Positions 1 to 11,518 of a stretch of DNA of 64,000 bases are shown here, in pieces. Position 1 is the stretch's first letter. The number at the start of each line of letters is the position of its first letter. Made by a program: the position numbers and the translations under genes. Under the pieces are notes generated by a model. The model was not told the DNA's origin, searched no databases, and worked only from the letters and a program-made list of their open reading frames with translations. Origin of the DNA: an uncultured delta proteobacterium (GTDB lineage: Bacteria > Myxococcota_A > UBA9160 > SMWR01); the NCBI GenBank assembly GCA_963832165.1, contig CAWHTE010000007.1:1-64000 (forward strand), given 5' to 3'.

Positions 1-3000
1 GACGACTTCGAGGTGGAGGCCGTGTTTCCCCATCTCGGACGGCGTAGGCTGGTCTTGAACGCTCGCCCCGTGTCGCCCCAAGACGGCACGCCCGCCGACC
101 TCGTCTTGCTCGGGGATCCGGGATCTGAGCGAGCCGCAGTCAGGAGCACCCGAGGAGAGGCACCGATGGAGTCCCCGGCGCCCCAAACCGAGCCCGCCCG
201 ATTCGCTCCGATCGCCCGCCGAGCGTCAGATGGCGGCAGCCGTAAACTCTTGATCCCGAAGAGCCTAACGATCGACGAGATCCAATTCGTCGTCTACGAG
301 CTGGAGGTGCACAAGATCGAGCTGAAGATCCAGAACGAGAAGCTGTGGGAGGCGCAGCGGGCAACAGAGTCGTCCAACGAGCGTTTTCGCCGTCTCTACG
401 ATTCGGCTCCCACCGGTCATCCTGACGCTCGATTCCCACGGAATGATCGTCGAGGCCAACCTAGGCATTTCCCGGATCCTGCAGACTCCGCGCCCCCAGC
501 TCATCGGGAGAAAGCTTTCGGCGTACGTGGTTCTCCACCGCCAGGATCGCTGGCTTCTCGCGCGGTGTGATCTGATCGAGGTCTCGGACGCGCATGGATC
601 TACAGCCCTGGAGACCGTGTCGGCAAGCGGAAGCGCGCTTGATCTCCAGATCGTGGGTACGTCCGCCCGGGCTACGGCCGCCACGCCGAGAGAGATCCAT
701 CTCGCGCTGATCGACGTCAACGGAGCTGCGCAGGACTGAGCGCGCATTGCAGGCTGCCGTGGCGGCTGCGACCCTGGCCGAAGAGCGGGAGCGCCGCAAG
801 CTGGCGTCAGATCTGCACGACGATGCCGGCAACTGCTCTCGCTGGCGTCGCTGAGGCCGCACGCGTTAGGCGAACCGGAGAGGTGGAGCGGGGCGCCCGG
901 ACGGTCGAGCTGGAGGATCTGCTCGTGGAGATCCGCCGCCGGATCTCCTCGCTGAGCTTCCAGCGAGCCCGCCGCTGCTTCACGATGTAGGGCTGATCGC
1001 GGCCGTTCAGTGGCTCGCAGAGGATCTGGAGACCAGCCACGGGCTCTCGGTGAAGATCATCGAGGAGCAAGACTTGGAGCTCGATGAGAACGCGCGCGTC
1101 ACGTTCTACCTGGGGCGATTCGCGGGTTTTTTTCAAACGTGGCGAAGCACGCGGGCGTCAAGGAGGCCCCGCATCCGGGTTTCACGGGAGGGGAGCCAGG
1201 GCGCGGATTGCCGTGGAAGACAGCGGTGTCGGCATGCCCCCGCAGAGCCAAGCGCTACGGCTTTGGACTGCTGGCGACGCGCGAACGGGTGGAGCAACTG
1301 GGCGGGTCGCTCGAAACCCGCACGATCCGGGCAGCGGAACCACGGTCGTGGTCATCCTTCCGACCCGTCCCTCTCTACCGGATGTTCAAGGAGGTGCGCG
1401 ATGACGATCTGTATTCTGCTCGTGGACTATTATGGAATGTTGACGGCGAGAGGGATTGCGTCTGGATCCTCCAGGGCGGAAGCTAACGTCGAGATCGTTG
1501 GCGAAGCCTCGAGCGGCCCGCGAGGCGGTGGTGCTCTCTCGCGCACGCTCGAACCCGACGTGGCTGCCGATGGGACGTGGGCATGAAGGATCTGAAACGG
1601 AATCGATGCCACCCGACAGATGCAACACGAGTTCCCCGAAGGTCCTTCAGCCGATTGCGTCTCCAGCCATTCGGACAGCCGCTACGTGAGCGCCATTCTC
1701 CAGGCGGGCGCGTGCGGCTACGTGCTCAAGGCGAATGCCTCGCGGACCTGCGAAGGCGCTGCATGCTGCCCGGCAGGGCAAGAGCTATCTCTGCCCCGAG
1801 GTCACAAAGGGGGCCGCGGATGCTTCCCTCCAAGGACCCCGAAGGCCGGTGGACCCGTCCGTGCTCTCCGAGCGCGAGAGGGAGGTTCTGCAGCTCCTGG
1901 CCGAGGGCCCACGTCCCCAGATCGGAAAACGCCCGTCTCGCCACCCGCACGGTCGCCGCCTACCGGCGCAGCATCATGCGCAAGCTCGAGATCCACAGCG
2001 TCGCGGATCTGACGAAGTGGGCGATTCGCGAAGGCCTACCGAGCTCGAAGCCTGAATTCCCCCGCGACGCCCACGAATCCGCGGTTCCAGAGCGCGCCCT
2101 CTCCAGATCCGGGGATGGTCGACGAGGGGAGGTCGTGCGGGTCCCTCCTGGGTGGGGGGATCCAGGATGAACGCGCTCGGCGTCGCGGTGTCGGAGCAGC
2201 GGCTCGGGATCGTTGAGCGCGCGTGTGCCCATGCCTCAGGCGTCGAGTCGCTCCAAGGACGAGTTTCTGGCGATGCTCGGTCACGAGCTGCGGAACCCCC
2301 TGTCGGCGATCCGCAAACGCGATCGTGACCCCTTAGCTCCATCCCAGACGGTGCGAACGAGCGCTCAAGCTTGCGTGGCGCCAAACTGGGAGCAGCTAGA
2401 GCGGCTGGTCGATGACCTCCTCGACATTTCGCTCGTCGAGCCTGGTCGCTGTTCCGCGGAAGAGACGATGTATTCCTCTGATCGAGATCTCCAGTGTGCC
2501 GTGGAGACCATGTGTTTCTTCGTCGAAGATCGAGGTCATACGCTGTCCGTGTCTGCGCTGGCGCACCCCGTTCGCGTCGATGGCGATCCTGCGCGCCTCG
2601 AACAGATTGTCGTGAATCTGGTCAGGAACGCTATGGAGTCGGAGCGTGGCGGACGCATCGACCTGTTTGTTGAGTGCCCCAGCGCCCAGGCGGTGCTGCG
2701 CGTGCGCGACACCGGAATGGGGATCGACCAGCGTGTTGGCCGCCGTGATCTTCCACCGGTTCTTCCAAGGGGAGCGCACGCTCGAGGACACGCAGAGCGG
2801 GCGCTGCATCGGGCTCTCGGTGGTGCGCCGCCGGGTGTCGCGGCACGGCGGCCGGATCTGGGCGCGCAGCGACGGGCCTGGGAAGGGGAGCGGAAGTTCG
2901 TCGTGCGGACTCCCCGCTGTCCTCCCGCGCGAATCTGAATCCGCGGCTCCTTCTCGCCCGATCCTCGCGCAGACGCGAGATTCCCAGTGTCTTCGCGTGC

Positions 3001-3041
3001 TCGTCGTCGAGGACTATCCTGATGCGGCCGAGAGCCTGTGA
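1..3041 (+). pseudogene. Heavily frameshifted mirror copy of cheB/cheR 3' end, PAS kinase, NarL regulator and hybrid kinase
   Basis: ORF fragments (ELEVHKIELKIQNE, EIHSVADLTKWAIREGL, KDEFLAMLGHELRNPL, VLVVEDYPDAAESL) match the minus-strand genes at 3568-6587 but are broken by many indels. Confidence 0.85.
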
Positions 3042-3567
3042 CGATTAAGACCCACGTGGCTGTAGAGCATGGTTTGGAGGTGACCGATTACTGTGCAGTT
3101 TTGCGACAGTGGATACTGCGCATGTTGCTATTGCCGCCCTCCCCTGCTTGATGCTTGATGTTATGGATTCAGCATAGGGCGGGAGCAGTTGCGGGCGAAT
3201 AGGCAGGCGTCATGGCGCAATCGTGACAAACGCACAAATTTCGGAGAATGCTTGGACCCCTCTATCCCCGGCCCTCTCTCACAAGGGGGCGAAAGGGGGT
3301 TCTCGGATAGTCCCCTTTCGCCCCGTTGTGTGTGAAAAAGGGGATAGAGGGGTAGAAGCATTCTCCGAAATTTGTGCGTTTGTCACGATTGCGCCATGAC
3401 GCCTGCCTATTCGCCCGCAACTGCTCCCGCCCTATGCTGAATCCATAACATCAAGCATCAAGCAGGGGAGGGCAGCAATGGCGACATCCGCAGTATCCAC
3501 TGTCGCAAAACCGCACAGTAATCGGTCACCTCTAAACCATGCTCTACAGCGGCGTGGGTCTTAATCG
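3042..3567. repeat. Lower-GC non-coding palindromic core (~260-bp arms) at the fold-back apex
   Basis: Arms are reverse-complementary, differing mostly by substitutions. Visibly more AT-rich than the flanks; no credible ORF. Confidence 0.85.
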
Positions 3568-4437
3568 TCACAGGCTCTCCGCCGCGTCAGGATTGTCCTC
3601 GACGACGAGCACGCGAAGACACTGGGAATCTCGCGTCTGCGCGAGGATCGGGCGAGAAGGAGCCGCGGGTTCGGATTCGCGCATCGGGACGGCGGGAAGA
3701 TGCACGACGAACTCCGCTCCCTTCCCAGGCCCGTCGCTGCGCGCCTCGATCCGGCCGCCGTGCAACGACACCAGGCGGCGCACCACCGAGAGCCCGATGC
3801 CGAACCCATCCTGCGTGTCCTCGAGCGTGCGCTCCCCTTGGAAGAACAGGTCGAAGATGCGCGGCAGCATGTCCGCTGAGATCCCCATTCCGGTGTCGCG
3901 TACGCGCAGCACCGCCTCGGCGCTGTCGCGCTCGACGAACAGATCGATGCGTCCGCCACACTCCGTGTACTTGGCCGCGTTCCTGACCAGATTCACGACG
4001 ATCTGTTCGAGGCGCACAGGATCGCCATCGACGCGAACGGGGTCGGCCGGCGCCGACACGGACAGCGTATGACCTCGATCTTCGACGAAGAAACGCATGG
4101 TCTCCACGGCGCGCTCGATGATCTCGATCAGAGGAATACATCGTCTCTTCAGCCGGACGCGACCCGGCTCGACCAGCGAAATGTCGAGGATGTCATCGAC
4201 CAGCCGATCGAGCTGCTCCGTCTGGCGCCACGCAAGCTCGAGCGCTCGTTCGCACCGTCTGGGATCGAGCTGGGCGCTGACGATCGCGTTCCGGATCGCC
4301 GACAGGGGGTTCCGCAGCTCGTGACCGAGCATCGCCAGGAACTCGTCCTTGGAGCGACTCGACGCCTGCGCATCGGCACACGCGCGCTCAGCGATCCCGA
4401 GCCGCTGCTCCCACACCGCGACGCCGAGCGCGTTCAT
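3568..4437 (-). CDS. Hybrid sensor histidine kinase (HisKA-HATPase) with truncated receiver domain
   Basis: H-box LGHELRNPL, N-box NLVRNAAKY, DTGMGI, GFGIGL, GKGAEF. Stops at VLVVEDNPDAAESL, the first strand and helix of a REC domain. ATG 4437 preferred over the ORF-track start at 4488. Confidence 0.88.
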   Translation of the reverse strand: MNALGVAVWEQRLGIAERACADAQASSRSKDEFLAMLGHELRNPLSAIRNAIVSAQLDPRRCERALELAWRQTEQLDRLVDDILDISLVEPGRVRLKRRCIPLIEIIERAVETMRFFVEDRGHTLSVSAPADPVRVDGDPVRLEQIVVNLVRNAAKYTECGGRIDLFVERDSAEAVLRVRDTGMGISADMLPRIFDLFFQGERTLEDTQDGFGIGLSVVRRLVSLHGGRIEARSDGPGKGAEFVVHLPAVPMRESEPAAPSRPILAQTRDSQCLRVLVVEDNPDAAESL

Positions 4438-4486
4438 CCTGGATCCCCCCACCCCGGAGGATCTCGCACGACCTCCGCCGTCGACC

Positions 4487-4504
4487 ATCCCCGGATCTGG
4501 GGAG
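4487..4504. promoter_or_regulatory. 18-bp palindromic motif copy ATCCCCGGATCTGGGGAG
   Basis: Matches consensus ATCCCC-GGATCC-GGGGAT; intergenic, upstream of the hybrid kinase. Confidence 0.65.
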
Positions 4505-4548
4505 AGCGCGCTCTGGAACCGAGGGTTTCGTGGCCGTCCCGGACGAAT

Positions 4549-5197
4549 TCAGCCTTCGAGCTCGGTCAGGCCTTCGCGAACCGCCCACTTCGTCAGATCC
4601 GCCACGCTGTGGATCTCGAGTTTGCGCATGATGCTGCGCCGGTGCGTTTCGACCGTGCTGGTGGCGATGAACAGGCGTTTGCCGATCTGCGGAGACGAGT
4701 GGCCCTCGGCCAGGAGCTGCAGAACTTCCCTCTCGCGATCGGAGAGCACGGACGGGTCCACTCGGCTCCGGGGTCCTTGGAGGGAGGCGTCCACCACCCC
4801 CTTCGTGACCTCCGCGCAGAGATAGCTCTTCCCCTGCCGGGCAGCTTGCAGCGCCTTTCGAAGGTCCGCGGAGGCATTCGCCTTGAGCACGTAGCCGCAC
4901 GCGCCCGCCTCGAGTATGGCGTTCACGTAGCGGCTGTCCGAATGGCTGGAGAGCGCAATCACCTGGACCTTGGGGAACTCGTGTCGGATCTGTCGAGTGG
5001 CATCGATTCCGTTCAGATCCTTCATGCCCACGTCCATGACCACCACGTCGGGTTCGAGCGTGCGCGAGAGCACCACCGCCTCGCGGCCGCTCGAGGCTTC
5101 GCCGACGATCTCGACGCTAGCTTCGCGCCTCGAGGATCGAGCGCAATCCCTCTCGCATCAACACATGATCGTCCACGAGCAGAATACGGGTCGTCAT
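4549..5197 (-). CDS. NarL/FixJ-family response regulator (frameshift near 5125)
   Basis: MTTRILLVDDHVLMREGLRSIL from ATG 5197 (ATGA overlap with the kinase stop), then PDVVVMDV, GYVLK and LuxR HTH LSDREREVLQLLAEG...TVETHRRSIMRKL in another frame. Confidence 0.9.
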
Positions 5198-6423
5198 CGC
5201 GCACCTCCTTGAACATCCGGTAGAGAGGGACGGGTCGGAAGGATGACCGCGACCGTGGTTCCGCTGCCCGGAGTCGTGCGGGTTTCGAGCGACCCGCCCA
5301 GTTGCTCCACCCGTTCGCGCATTGCCAGCAGTCCAAAGCCGTAGCGCTTGGCTCTCGGGGGCATGCCGACACCGCTGTCTTCCACGGCAATCCGCGCCAT
5401 CGCTCCCTCCCGTGAGACCCGGATACGGGCCTCCTTGACGCCCGCATGCTTCACCACGTTGAGGAGAAGCTCGCGAATCGCCCGGTAGAACGTGACGCGC
5501 GCGTTCTCATCGAGCTCCAAGTCGTGCTCCTCGACGATCATCACCGAGAGCCCATGGCTGGTCTCCAGATCCTCTGCGAGCCACTGGACGGCCGCGATCA
5601 GCCCTACATCGTGAAGCAGCGGCGGGCTCAGCTGGAAGCTCAGCGAGGAGATCCGGCGGCGGATCTCCACGAGCAGATCCTCCAGCTCGACCATCCGGGC
5701 GCCCCGCTCCACCTCTCCGGCTTCGCCTAACGCGTGCAGCCTCAGCGACGCCAGCGAGAGCAGTTGGCCGGCATCGTCGTGCAGATCTGCCGCCAGCTTG
5801 CGGCGCTCCCGCTCTTCGGCCAGGGTCGCAGCCGCCACGGCAGCCTGCAATGCGCGCTCGGTCCTGCGCAGCTCCGTCACGTCGATCAGCGCGAGACGGA
5901 TCTCTCTCGGCGTGGCGGCGGTAGCCGGGGCGAACGTGCCCACGATCTGGAGATCGAGCGCGCTTCCGTCGGCCGACACGGTCTCCAGCGTGAGGTCCAT
6001 GCGCGTCCGACCCTCGATCAGATCACGCCGCGCGAGACGCCAGCGATCCTGGCAGTGAGGAGCCACGTACGCCGAAAGCTTTCTCCCGATCAGCTGCGGG
6101 CGCGGAGTCTGCAGGATCAGGGAGATGGCTAGGTTGGCCTCGACGATCATTCCGCTGGAATCGAGCGTCAGGTAGCCGGTGGGAGCCGAATCGTAGAGAC
6201 GGCGAAAACGCTCGTTGGACGACTCTGTTGCCCGCTGCGCCTCCCACAGCTGCTCGTTCTGGATCTTCAGCTCGATCTTGTGCACCTCCAGCTCGTAGAG
6301 GACGGCCTGGATCTCGTCGAGCGTTAGGCTCTTCAGATCGAGGGGCGCCGACTCCGCCATCTGACGCTCGGCGAGCACTCGGAGTGAGTCGGGCGGGCTC
6401 TGCCTGCGGCGCCGGGGACTCAT
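5194..6423 (-). CDS. PAS-domain sensor histidine kinase (HisKA_3, NarX/UhpB type)
   Basis: ERERRKLAADLHDDAGQLL, ELLLNVVKHA, DSGVG, GFGLLAMRERV; N-terminal PAS; no transmembrane helix. Confidence 0.92.
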   Translation of the reverse strand: MSPRRRRQSPPDSLRVLAERQMAESAPLDLKSLTLDEIQAVLYELEVHKIELKIQNEQLWEAQRATESSNERFRRLYDSAPTGYLTLDSSGMIVEANLAISLILQTPRPQLIGRKLSAYVAPHCQDRWRLARRDLIEGRTRMDLTLETVSADGSALDLQIVGTFAPATAATPREIRLALIDVTELRRTERALQAAVAAATLAEERERRKLAADLHDDAGQLLSLASLRLHALGEAGEVERGARMVELEDLLVEIRRRISSLSFQLSPPLLHDVGLIAAVQWLAEDLETSHGLSVMIVEEHDLELDENARVTFYRAIRELLLNVVKHAGVKEARIRVSREGAMARIAVEDSGVGMPPRAKRYGFGLLAMRERVEQLGGSLETRTTPGSGTTVAVILPTRPSLPDVQGGAR

Positions 6424-9400
6424 CGGTGCCTCTCCTCGGGTGCTCCTGACTGCGGCTCGCTCAGATCCTGGATCCCGAGCAAGACGAGGTCGGCGGGCGT
6501 GCCGTCTTGGGGCGACACGGGGCGGGCATTCAAGACCAGCCTACGCCGTCCGAGATGGGGAAACTCGCCCTCCACCTCGAAGTCGTCGAAGCCCGTCGCC
6601 CTCTTGCATGGCTTTCTCCAGGCGCTCGCGCAGTGTGGCGATGATCCACTGATGGCTTCCGAGATCCCCGATCAGTCGACCGTCAGTCTGCGCCGGCTCG
6701 ACCCGAAACGCCCGATAGTAGGCGCGATTCGCGCGAACGACGCGGAGCTCGCGGTCCAGCACCAGGAAGGGCTCGCGCACCGCATCCACGATGCTCTCCG
6801 CCAGCAGGCGGGCCGCCTGGAGACGTTCGCTGTGCTTCGCATCCGTGATGTCGACGAACGTGATGACCACGCCCGCGACGGTGTTTCGAGCGGTGCGATA
6901 GGGCCGGATTCGCACCAGGTACCAGTTGCCGTCGCGAGCGGACGCCTGCTTCTCGGAAGCGTGAAGGGTCTCGCTCACGCTCGCCGCATCCGACAGAAGA
7001 TCGGGATAGTCGACGAGGGTGACCAGGTCGGCGAGCGGACGTCCAATGTCGGTGTCGATCAGGTGCGCGACATTGCGTGCCTGCGGCGTAAAGCGCTTCA
7101 CCCGCAGCTCTTCGTCCAGGAAGATGGTGGCGACCTCGATGTTGTTCATGAGATTGAGCAGGTCGTCGGTTGCCCGCTCGAACGTTTCGATCTTCTCCGT
7201 GAGCTCCGCATTCACGGTATGGAGCTCCTCGTTGAGCGACTGCGTTTCCTCCTTGGCGGTCTGGAGCTCCTCGTTCGTGCTCTGGAGCTCCTCGTTGGCC
7301 GACTGCGCTTCTTCGTTCGCGGAAGCCAGCTCTTCGTTCGCCGCCTGGAGCTCGTCGATGTTGCCCTGCAGGTCGGATCGCGCGTTCTGAAGCTCTTCTT
7401 CCAGCTTCGCCCCACGCCCTGCCCGGTGCCGCTTGGCGATCGGCTCGCTCTTGCGCGCGCGTTTGCGCGGGCTGCGTTCCGCCGGCTCGAACGAGACCAG
7501 GAACAGCCGCGCCGCGACACGCGGCTCGTCGAGCCGCGCCACTTTCAGGTGCAGCGCGAGCCGCTCTCCTCCTCCGACGTCGACGCTGGCGCTTCGCTCT
7601 GCGACCCGCCCGTCCGCCTCGCTCGCCTCGCGAAGCGCCGAGGCGAGCGGTACACGGAGACCTGCGCGCGCCATGTCGACGATGTTCACGTTGACTCGCC
7701 CCGCCGGCAGCTCGAGATAGGCGCCAACGCGGCCATGGATCTGCTGGACCAGGCCACGCTCGTCGACGAGCACGGCCGGCGGACCGAAACGCTCGGCCAG
7801 CGCGCTGCTCAGCGGGCCCGCCAGATCGGGTTTTGCCCCGGCTGGGCGGACGCCCGCCGCGGCGGCGCGGTTCGCGCCGTGCGTCGCCGGCCAGCGAAGC
7901 GTCGGCTGCGGCGCCGTTGCGTCATTTCGCCGGAAGATCTTGAAGTGCCCGTCGAGCGGCGAGAAGAACTCCTCGGAGCCGGCAACGTTCTCGGCTGAAC
8001 CGAGCAGAAGGATTCCGCGAGGATTCAGGCAGTAGTGGAAGGAGCGGAGCAGGCGCCGCTGCGCATTCGGCTCCAGGTAGATGAGCAGATTCCGGCAGGA
8101 CACCAGATCCACGCGCGTGAACGGCGGGTCGTGCAGCGCGTCTTGAACCGCGAAAACCACGAGATCTCGCAGCTCCTTCTTGACGCGAAGAGACTCGTCC
8201 TCTCTCGAGAAGAACCGGGTGAGGCGCCGTTCGCTCACGTCGGCCGCGATGCCCTCGGGATAGCGCCCCGCGCGCGCGACCTGGATCGCTTCGGGGTTGA
8301 GGTCCGTGGCGAATACCTGCACCTCCAGGTCTTTTTTCGACTGTCTCAGGGTCTCGAGCAAGAAGATGATGAGCGAATAGGCCTCTTCACCCGTCGCACA
8401 ACCTGGGACCCAGATCCGCAGCAGGGAACCGTCTTCGCGATGGGTGAGAAGATCGGAAAGCGCGGGCTCGAGCGCCCGGAAGGCTTCCGGGTCGCGGAAG
8501 AAGCTGCTGACTCCGATCAGCCAGTCACGCCAGAGAGCATCGATCTCGTCATCGCTCTGTTCGAGTAGACGCGCGTACGCCTCCATGCCGTCGATGCCGT
8601 GGAGATGCATTCTCCGCTCGATGCGCCGACCCAGCGTCGCGTGCTTGTACTCGGAGAAATCGCGCCCTCCGCGATGACGCATGACCGCGAGGACCCGATC
8701 GAGCTCGTTGCCCGCGATCTCGGGCGCGGCGTCCGCGCGCGCTCGTGAGTCGAGCAGTTTCCGATGGGCAAGCAGACGTGCTGGCATCTCCGCCGGCGAC
8801 AGGACGAAGTCCGCCGCGCGCGCCTCGATCGCACTGACCGGCATTCCGTCGAACTCGGCGGTCTCGGGATCCTGCACGAGCGAGAGACCGGATGCGGCGC
8901 GGATCGCCGCAAGACCGAGCGTGCCATCCGTTCCGGTGCCGGAGAGCAAGATGCCGGCGGCGAAGCTCCCCCTTTCGCGGGCGAGCGCGCGGAAGAAGAG
9001 ATCGATCGGCAGATGCGGAACTCCGCGCAGCCCGACCGGCTCGATGCGCAACATCTCCCCGCGGATCTCCACGTGGTGCCCGCGAGGTTCGACATACACG
9101 TGATTCGGTTCGACGCGCGTCTCCTCGCTGATCTCGCGCACCGGCATCTCGGTGCACTTCGCGAGAATCTCGGGGAGCATGCTGTGACCGGTGGGAGCCT
9201 GGTGGCTCACGACGACGAATGCGATGCCGCAGTCGACGGGGAGCGCCGCGAGGAACTCGCGCAGCGGCGAGAGCGAACCGGCTGAACCCCCGACTCCGAC
9301 GATCAGCGGCCCCGTGTCCGGCGCGTGCGCAGCAGCGGACTCGGTGGGAACGGAGCCCGGGCCGAGCTGCTTCGGCGCGCTCTCACTCGCCTTCTGGGGA

Positions 9401-9462
9401 GCAGGTTTCCGCTTCCTGCCGGAAGTCCGTGGGGCGCGAGTCGTGCCTCTCTTGGCGGCCAT
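6420..9462 (-). CDS. CheB methylesterase-CheR methyltransferase-coiled coil-PAS fusion (frameshift near 6594)
   Basis: CheB GGSAG / VSH / SGTGTDG; CheR IWVPGCATGEEAYS and SCRNLLIY; ELQSTNEELQT coil. Removing one G restores DGFDDFEVE...EERHR* ending at 6420, the frame also seen in the mirror copy. Confidence 0.92.
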
Positions 9463-9631
9463 GGTGACACTCTAGCTGTGGGCCTGAACACGCGGGTCGG
9501 GCCGCAGCTTTCTGCGCGATCAGGAGATCTGCCGCTACGAGCAGGCGGTCGAGCTTCTCCCGTTCCGCGAGTGGCGGCAGTCGCCGCGCGGCAGTCAACC
9601 GCGAGCATCCCTCGCATAGAAGATCGGGAGT

Positions 9632-9649
9632 ATCCCCAGATCCGGGTAG
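9632..9649. promoter_or_regulatory. 18-bp palindromic motif copy ATCCCCAGATCCGGGTAG
   Basis: Upstream of cheB/cheR; GATGCT lies 22 nt downstream on the minus strand. Confidence 0.65.
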
Positions 9650-9675
9650 ATCGCGCGCCGAAGGTGTGGACTCGA

Positions 9676-10113
9676 CTAACTTTCTGGCACTTCCGACCAA
9701 TCCGCGACGTGGATCAGATCATCGAGTGCCCAGGGCTTCGGCAGGAAGCGGCTCACTCCCCGCGCGGCGAACTCCGAGCTCCGATCTCCCGCGCTCGTCC
9801 CCACCACTGGCAGAGCGGGCCGTTGCCAGTGCAGGCGTCGCACCAGACCGCCCACGTCGCCGTCGGGCATCTCGAAGTCGAGAATCGCCAGGTCGAGAGC
9901 GGGCTCGAACGCGAGCAGTACGGCGGCCTGGTCGTGAGTACCCGTGCCGATACATACCGCACCGGCGCCGCGCAGCAGGCGCGCCACGGCAAGCCGCATC
10001 GAGAGCTCGGCGTCCACGTAGAGGATGCGCCTGGCGTGGATTCGCTTGTCGTGGCGAGAGCGATGCCGCGCGCTCACCTCGCCCAAGAAATTGAGACCTG
10101 CCCAGCCGCTCAT
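9676..10113 (-). CDS. Single-domain response regulator receiver
   Basis: RILYVD...DLAILDFEMPDGD...VVGTSA...FLPKPW. Confidence 0.8.
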   Translation of the reverse strand: MSGWAGLNFLGEVSARHRSRHDKRIHARRILYVDAELSMRLAVARLLRGAGAVCIGTGTHDQAAVLLAFEPALDLAILDFEMPDGDVGGLVRRLHWQRPALPVVGTSAGDRSSEFAARGVSRFLPKPWALDDLIHVADWSEVPES

Positions 10114-10269
10114 AACCGCTCCTCATCCTGACGCGTCGCAGAGGCGGCCGGTATCGCCGCGCGCGGGTAAATGGCGCGCCAGAAGGGGGGATTCGGACGG
10201 GTCGCCCGCTCGGCCGCGAAACCATGAGCAATGGGTGCGTGCATGGAATCCGCGCTTCCGCCGCCGGGT

Positions 10270-10287
10270 ATCCACGGATCCATGGAT
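10270..10287. promoter_or_regulatory. 18-bp palindromic motif copy ATCCACGGATCCATGGAT
   Basis: Upstream of the BON gene; TACCAT 22 nt downstream (10310). Confidence 0.7.
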
Positions 10288-10378
10288 GTCCGTGCGTCTC
10301 CTGCGTGAATACCATGATCGTTCGAATCGAGTGCGCAGGCCCCACGCGCTGCGCTCGTTCAACGAATCAGGGAGACAT

Positions 10379-11479
10379 ATGTCAGTCATTTTTTTGCTCG
10401 TGCTGGGTTCGGTCGCAGCCATCCTCGTGCGCAATATGATGAATCACTCACTCGTGCTCGCATCCGTTCTAGTTATTGCCAGCTCGAGCTGGGCGATCCC
10501 CGCGAGCGCAGCAGATACGCCCGACGCCTGGATCACCACCAAGGTCAAGATGGCGCTCCTCGTGGCCGAGGACGTGAGCGCCACCGCGGTTCGCGTGGAT
10601 ACGACAGATGGCAAGGTCACGCTGCACGGAACCGTCTCGAGCGCCGACGAGAAGGCTCGCGCCGAGCGCGCGGCGCGAGACGTGAAGGGCGTGCACGAGC
10701 TGCGAAGTCTGCTGCAGGTCGTCGCGAAGACCCGCCAGGAAACGGCCGCCGTGGCCGACGAGGCGCTCTCCGCAGAGGTCGGGAAGCGGCTCGACGCGGA
10801 TCCCGCTCTGCGCGACAGCAAGATCAAGGTGAAGTCGGTGAACCGCGGCGTCGTACTGCTGAGCGGAAAAGCCGGGAACCTCAGCGCACACCTCGACGCA
10901 CTCGAGGTGGCCCGCGCCACGCCCGGCGTGAAGCGCGTCGCCAGCGAGATCGAGAGCCCGGATGCCCTGGCCGACGACGAGATCTGGCGCGAGGCGAAGA
11001 GCGATTCCAAAACGCCCGCAGCGTCGGCGACGAAGGATGCCTGGATCACCACCGACGCGAAGGTCCGGCTGATCGCGAACTCCGAGACTCCCGCGCGCGA
11101 CATCAACGTCGACACGCTGGGAGGCGTCGTGACCCTGTTCGGCACCGTGTCCACGGAGGCTGCGCGGCGCGCGGCCGAGGCGGAGATCAAGAAGATCGAC
11201 GGCGTGAAGAGCGTCGAGAACGATCTCCAGGTCGTACCGCAGGTGTCGGCCGCTGCGGTCGAGCACAAAGACGACCGGGTGAAGGACGCGATCGAGAAGC
11301 GCCTTTCGGCGCGTGGGGAGCTCTCCGACTCGAACATCGACGTGGAGGTGGCGGACGGCGTCGCGCGTCTGACCGGGACGGTCCGCGGTCAGCCCGACCG
11401 GTTGACCGCGCTCACCCTCGCGCGAACCACGGACGGCGTGCGCTCGGTGGTCGGCGATCTCACGGTGAAGGCCCAGTAG
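10379..11479 (+). CDS. Periplasmic four-BON-domain protein (OsmY-like)
   Basis: DAWITTKVK...VDTTDGKVTLHGTV-type unit repeated four times; signal peptide; GGAG RBS. Confidence 0.9.
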   Translation: MSVIFLLVLGSVAAILVRNMMNHSLVLASVLVIASSSWAIPASAADTPDAWITTKVKMALLVAEDVSATAVRVDTTDGKVTLHGTVSSADEKARAERAARDVKGVHELRSLLQVVAKTRQETAAVADEALSAEVGKRLDADPALRDSKIKVKSVNRGVVLLSGKAGNLSAHLDALEVARATPGVKRVASEIESPDALADDEIWREAKSDSKTPAASATKDAWITTDAKVRLIANSETPARDINVDTLGGVVTLFGTVSTEAARRAAEAEIKKIDGVKSVENDLQVVPQVSAAAVEHKDDRVKDAIEKRLSARGELSDSNIDVEVADGVARLTGTVRGQPDRLTALTLARTTDGVRSVVGDLTVKAQ

Positions 11480-11518
11480 GCCGCCACACTCGTGCGGCGG
11501 CAATCAGCAAAGGAGTCC

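Larger units (their letters stand above)
1..6587. repeat. Giant imperfect inverted repeat (fold-back) centred near 3305
   Basis: Base 1 onward (gacgacttcgaggtgga) is the reverse complement of 6571-6587. Arms pair continuously to the apex (ggggcgaaagggg...cccctttcgcccc, 3286-3324). Confidence 0.97.

Noticed and set aside
6499..7998. Long antisense and alternate-frame ORFs (also 31155-32903, 41283-43463, 45605-47830, 47992-50439 upstream part, 51669-53831)
   Set aside because: Shadow ORFs typical of high-GC DNA; Arg/Ala/Pro-rich with no motifs, overlapping well-supported genes.
6420..9462. Chemotaxis operon
   Set aside because: No MCP, CheA, CheW or CheY cluster; this is the non-chemotactic CheB/CheR-PAS fusion type.
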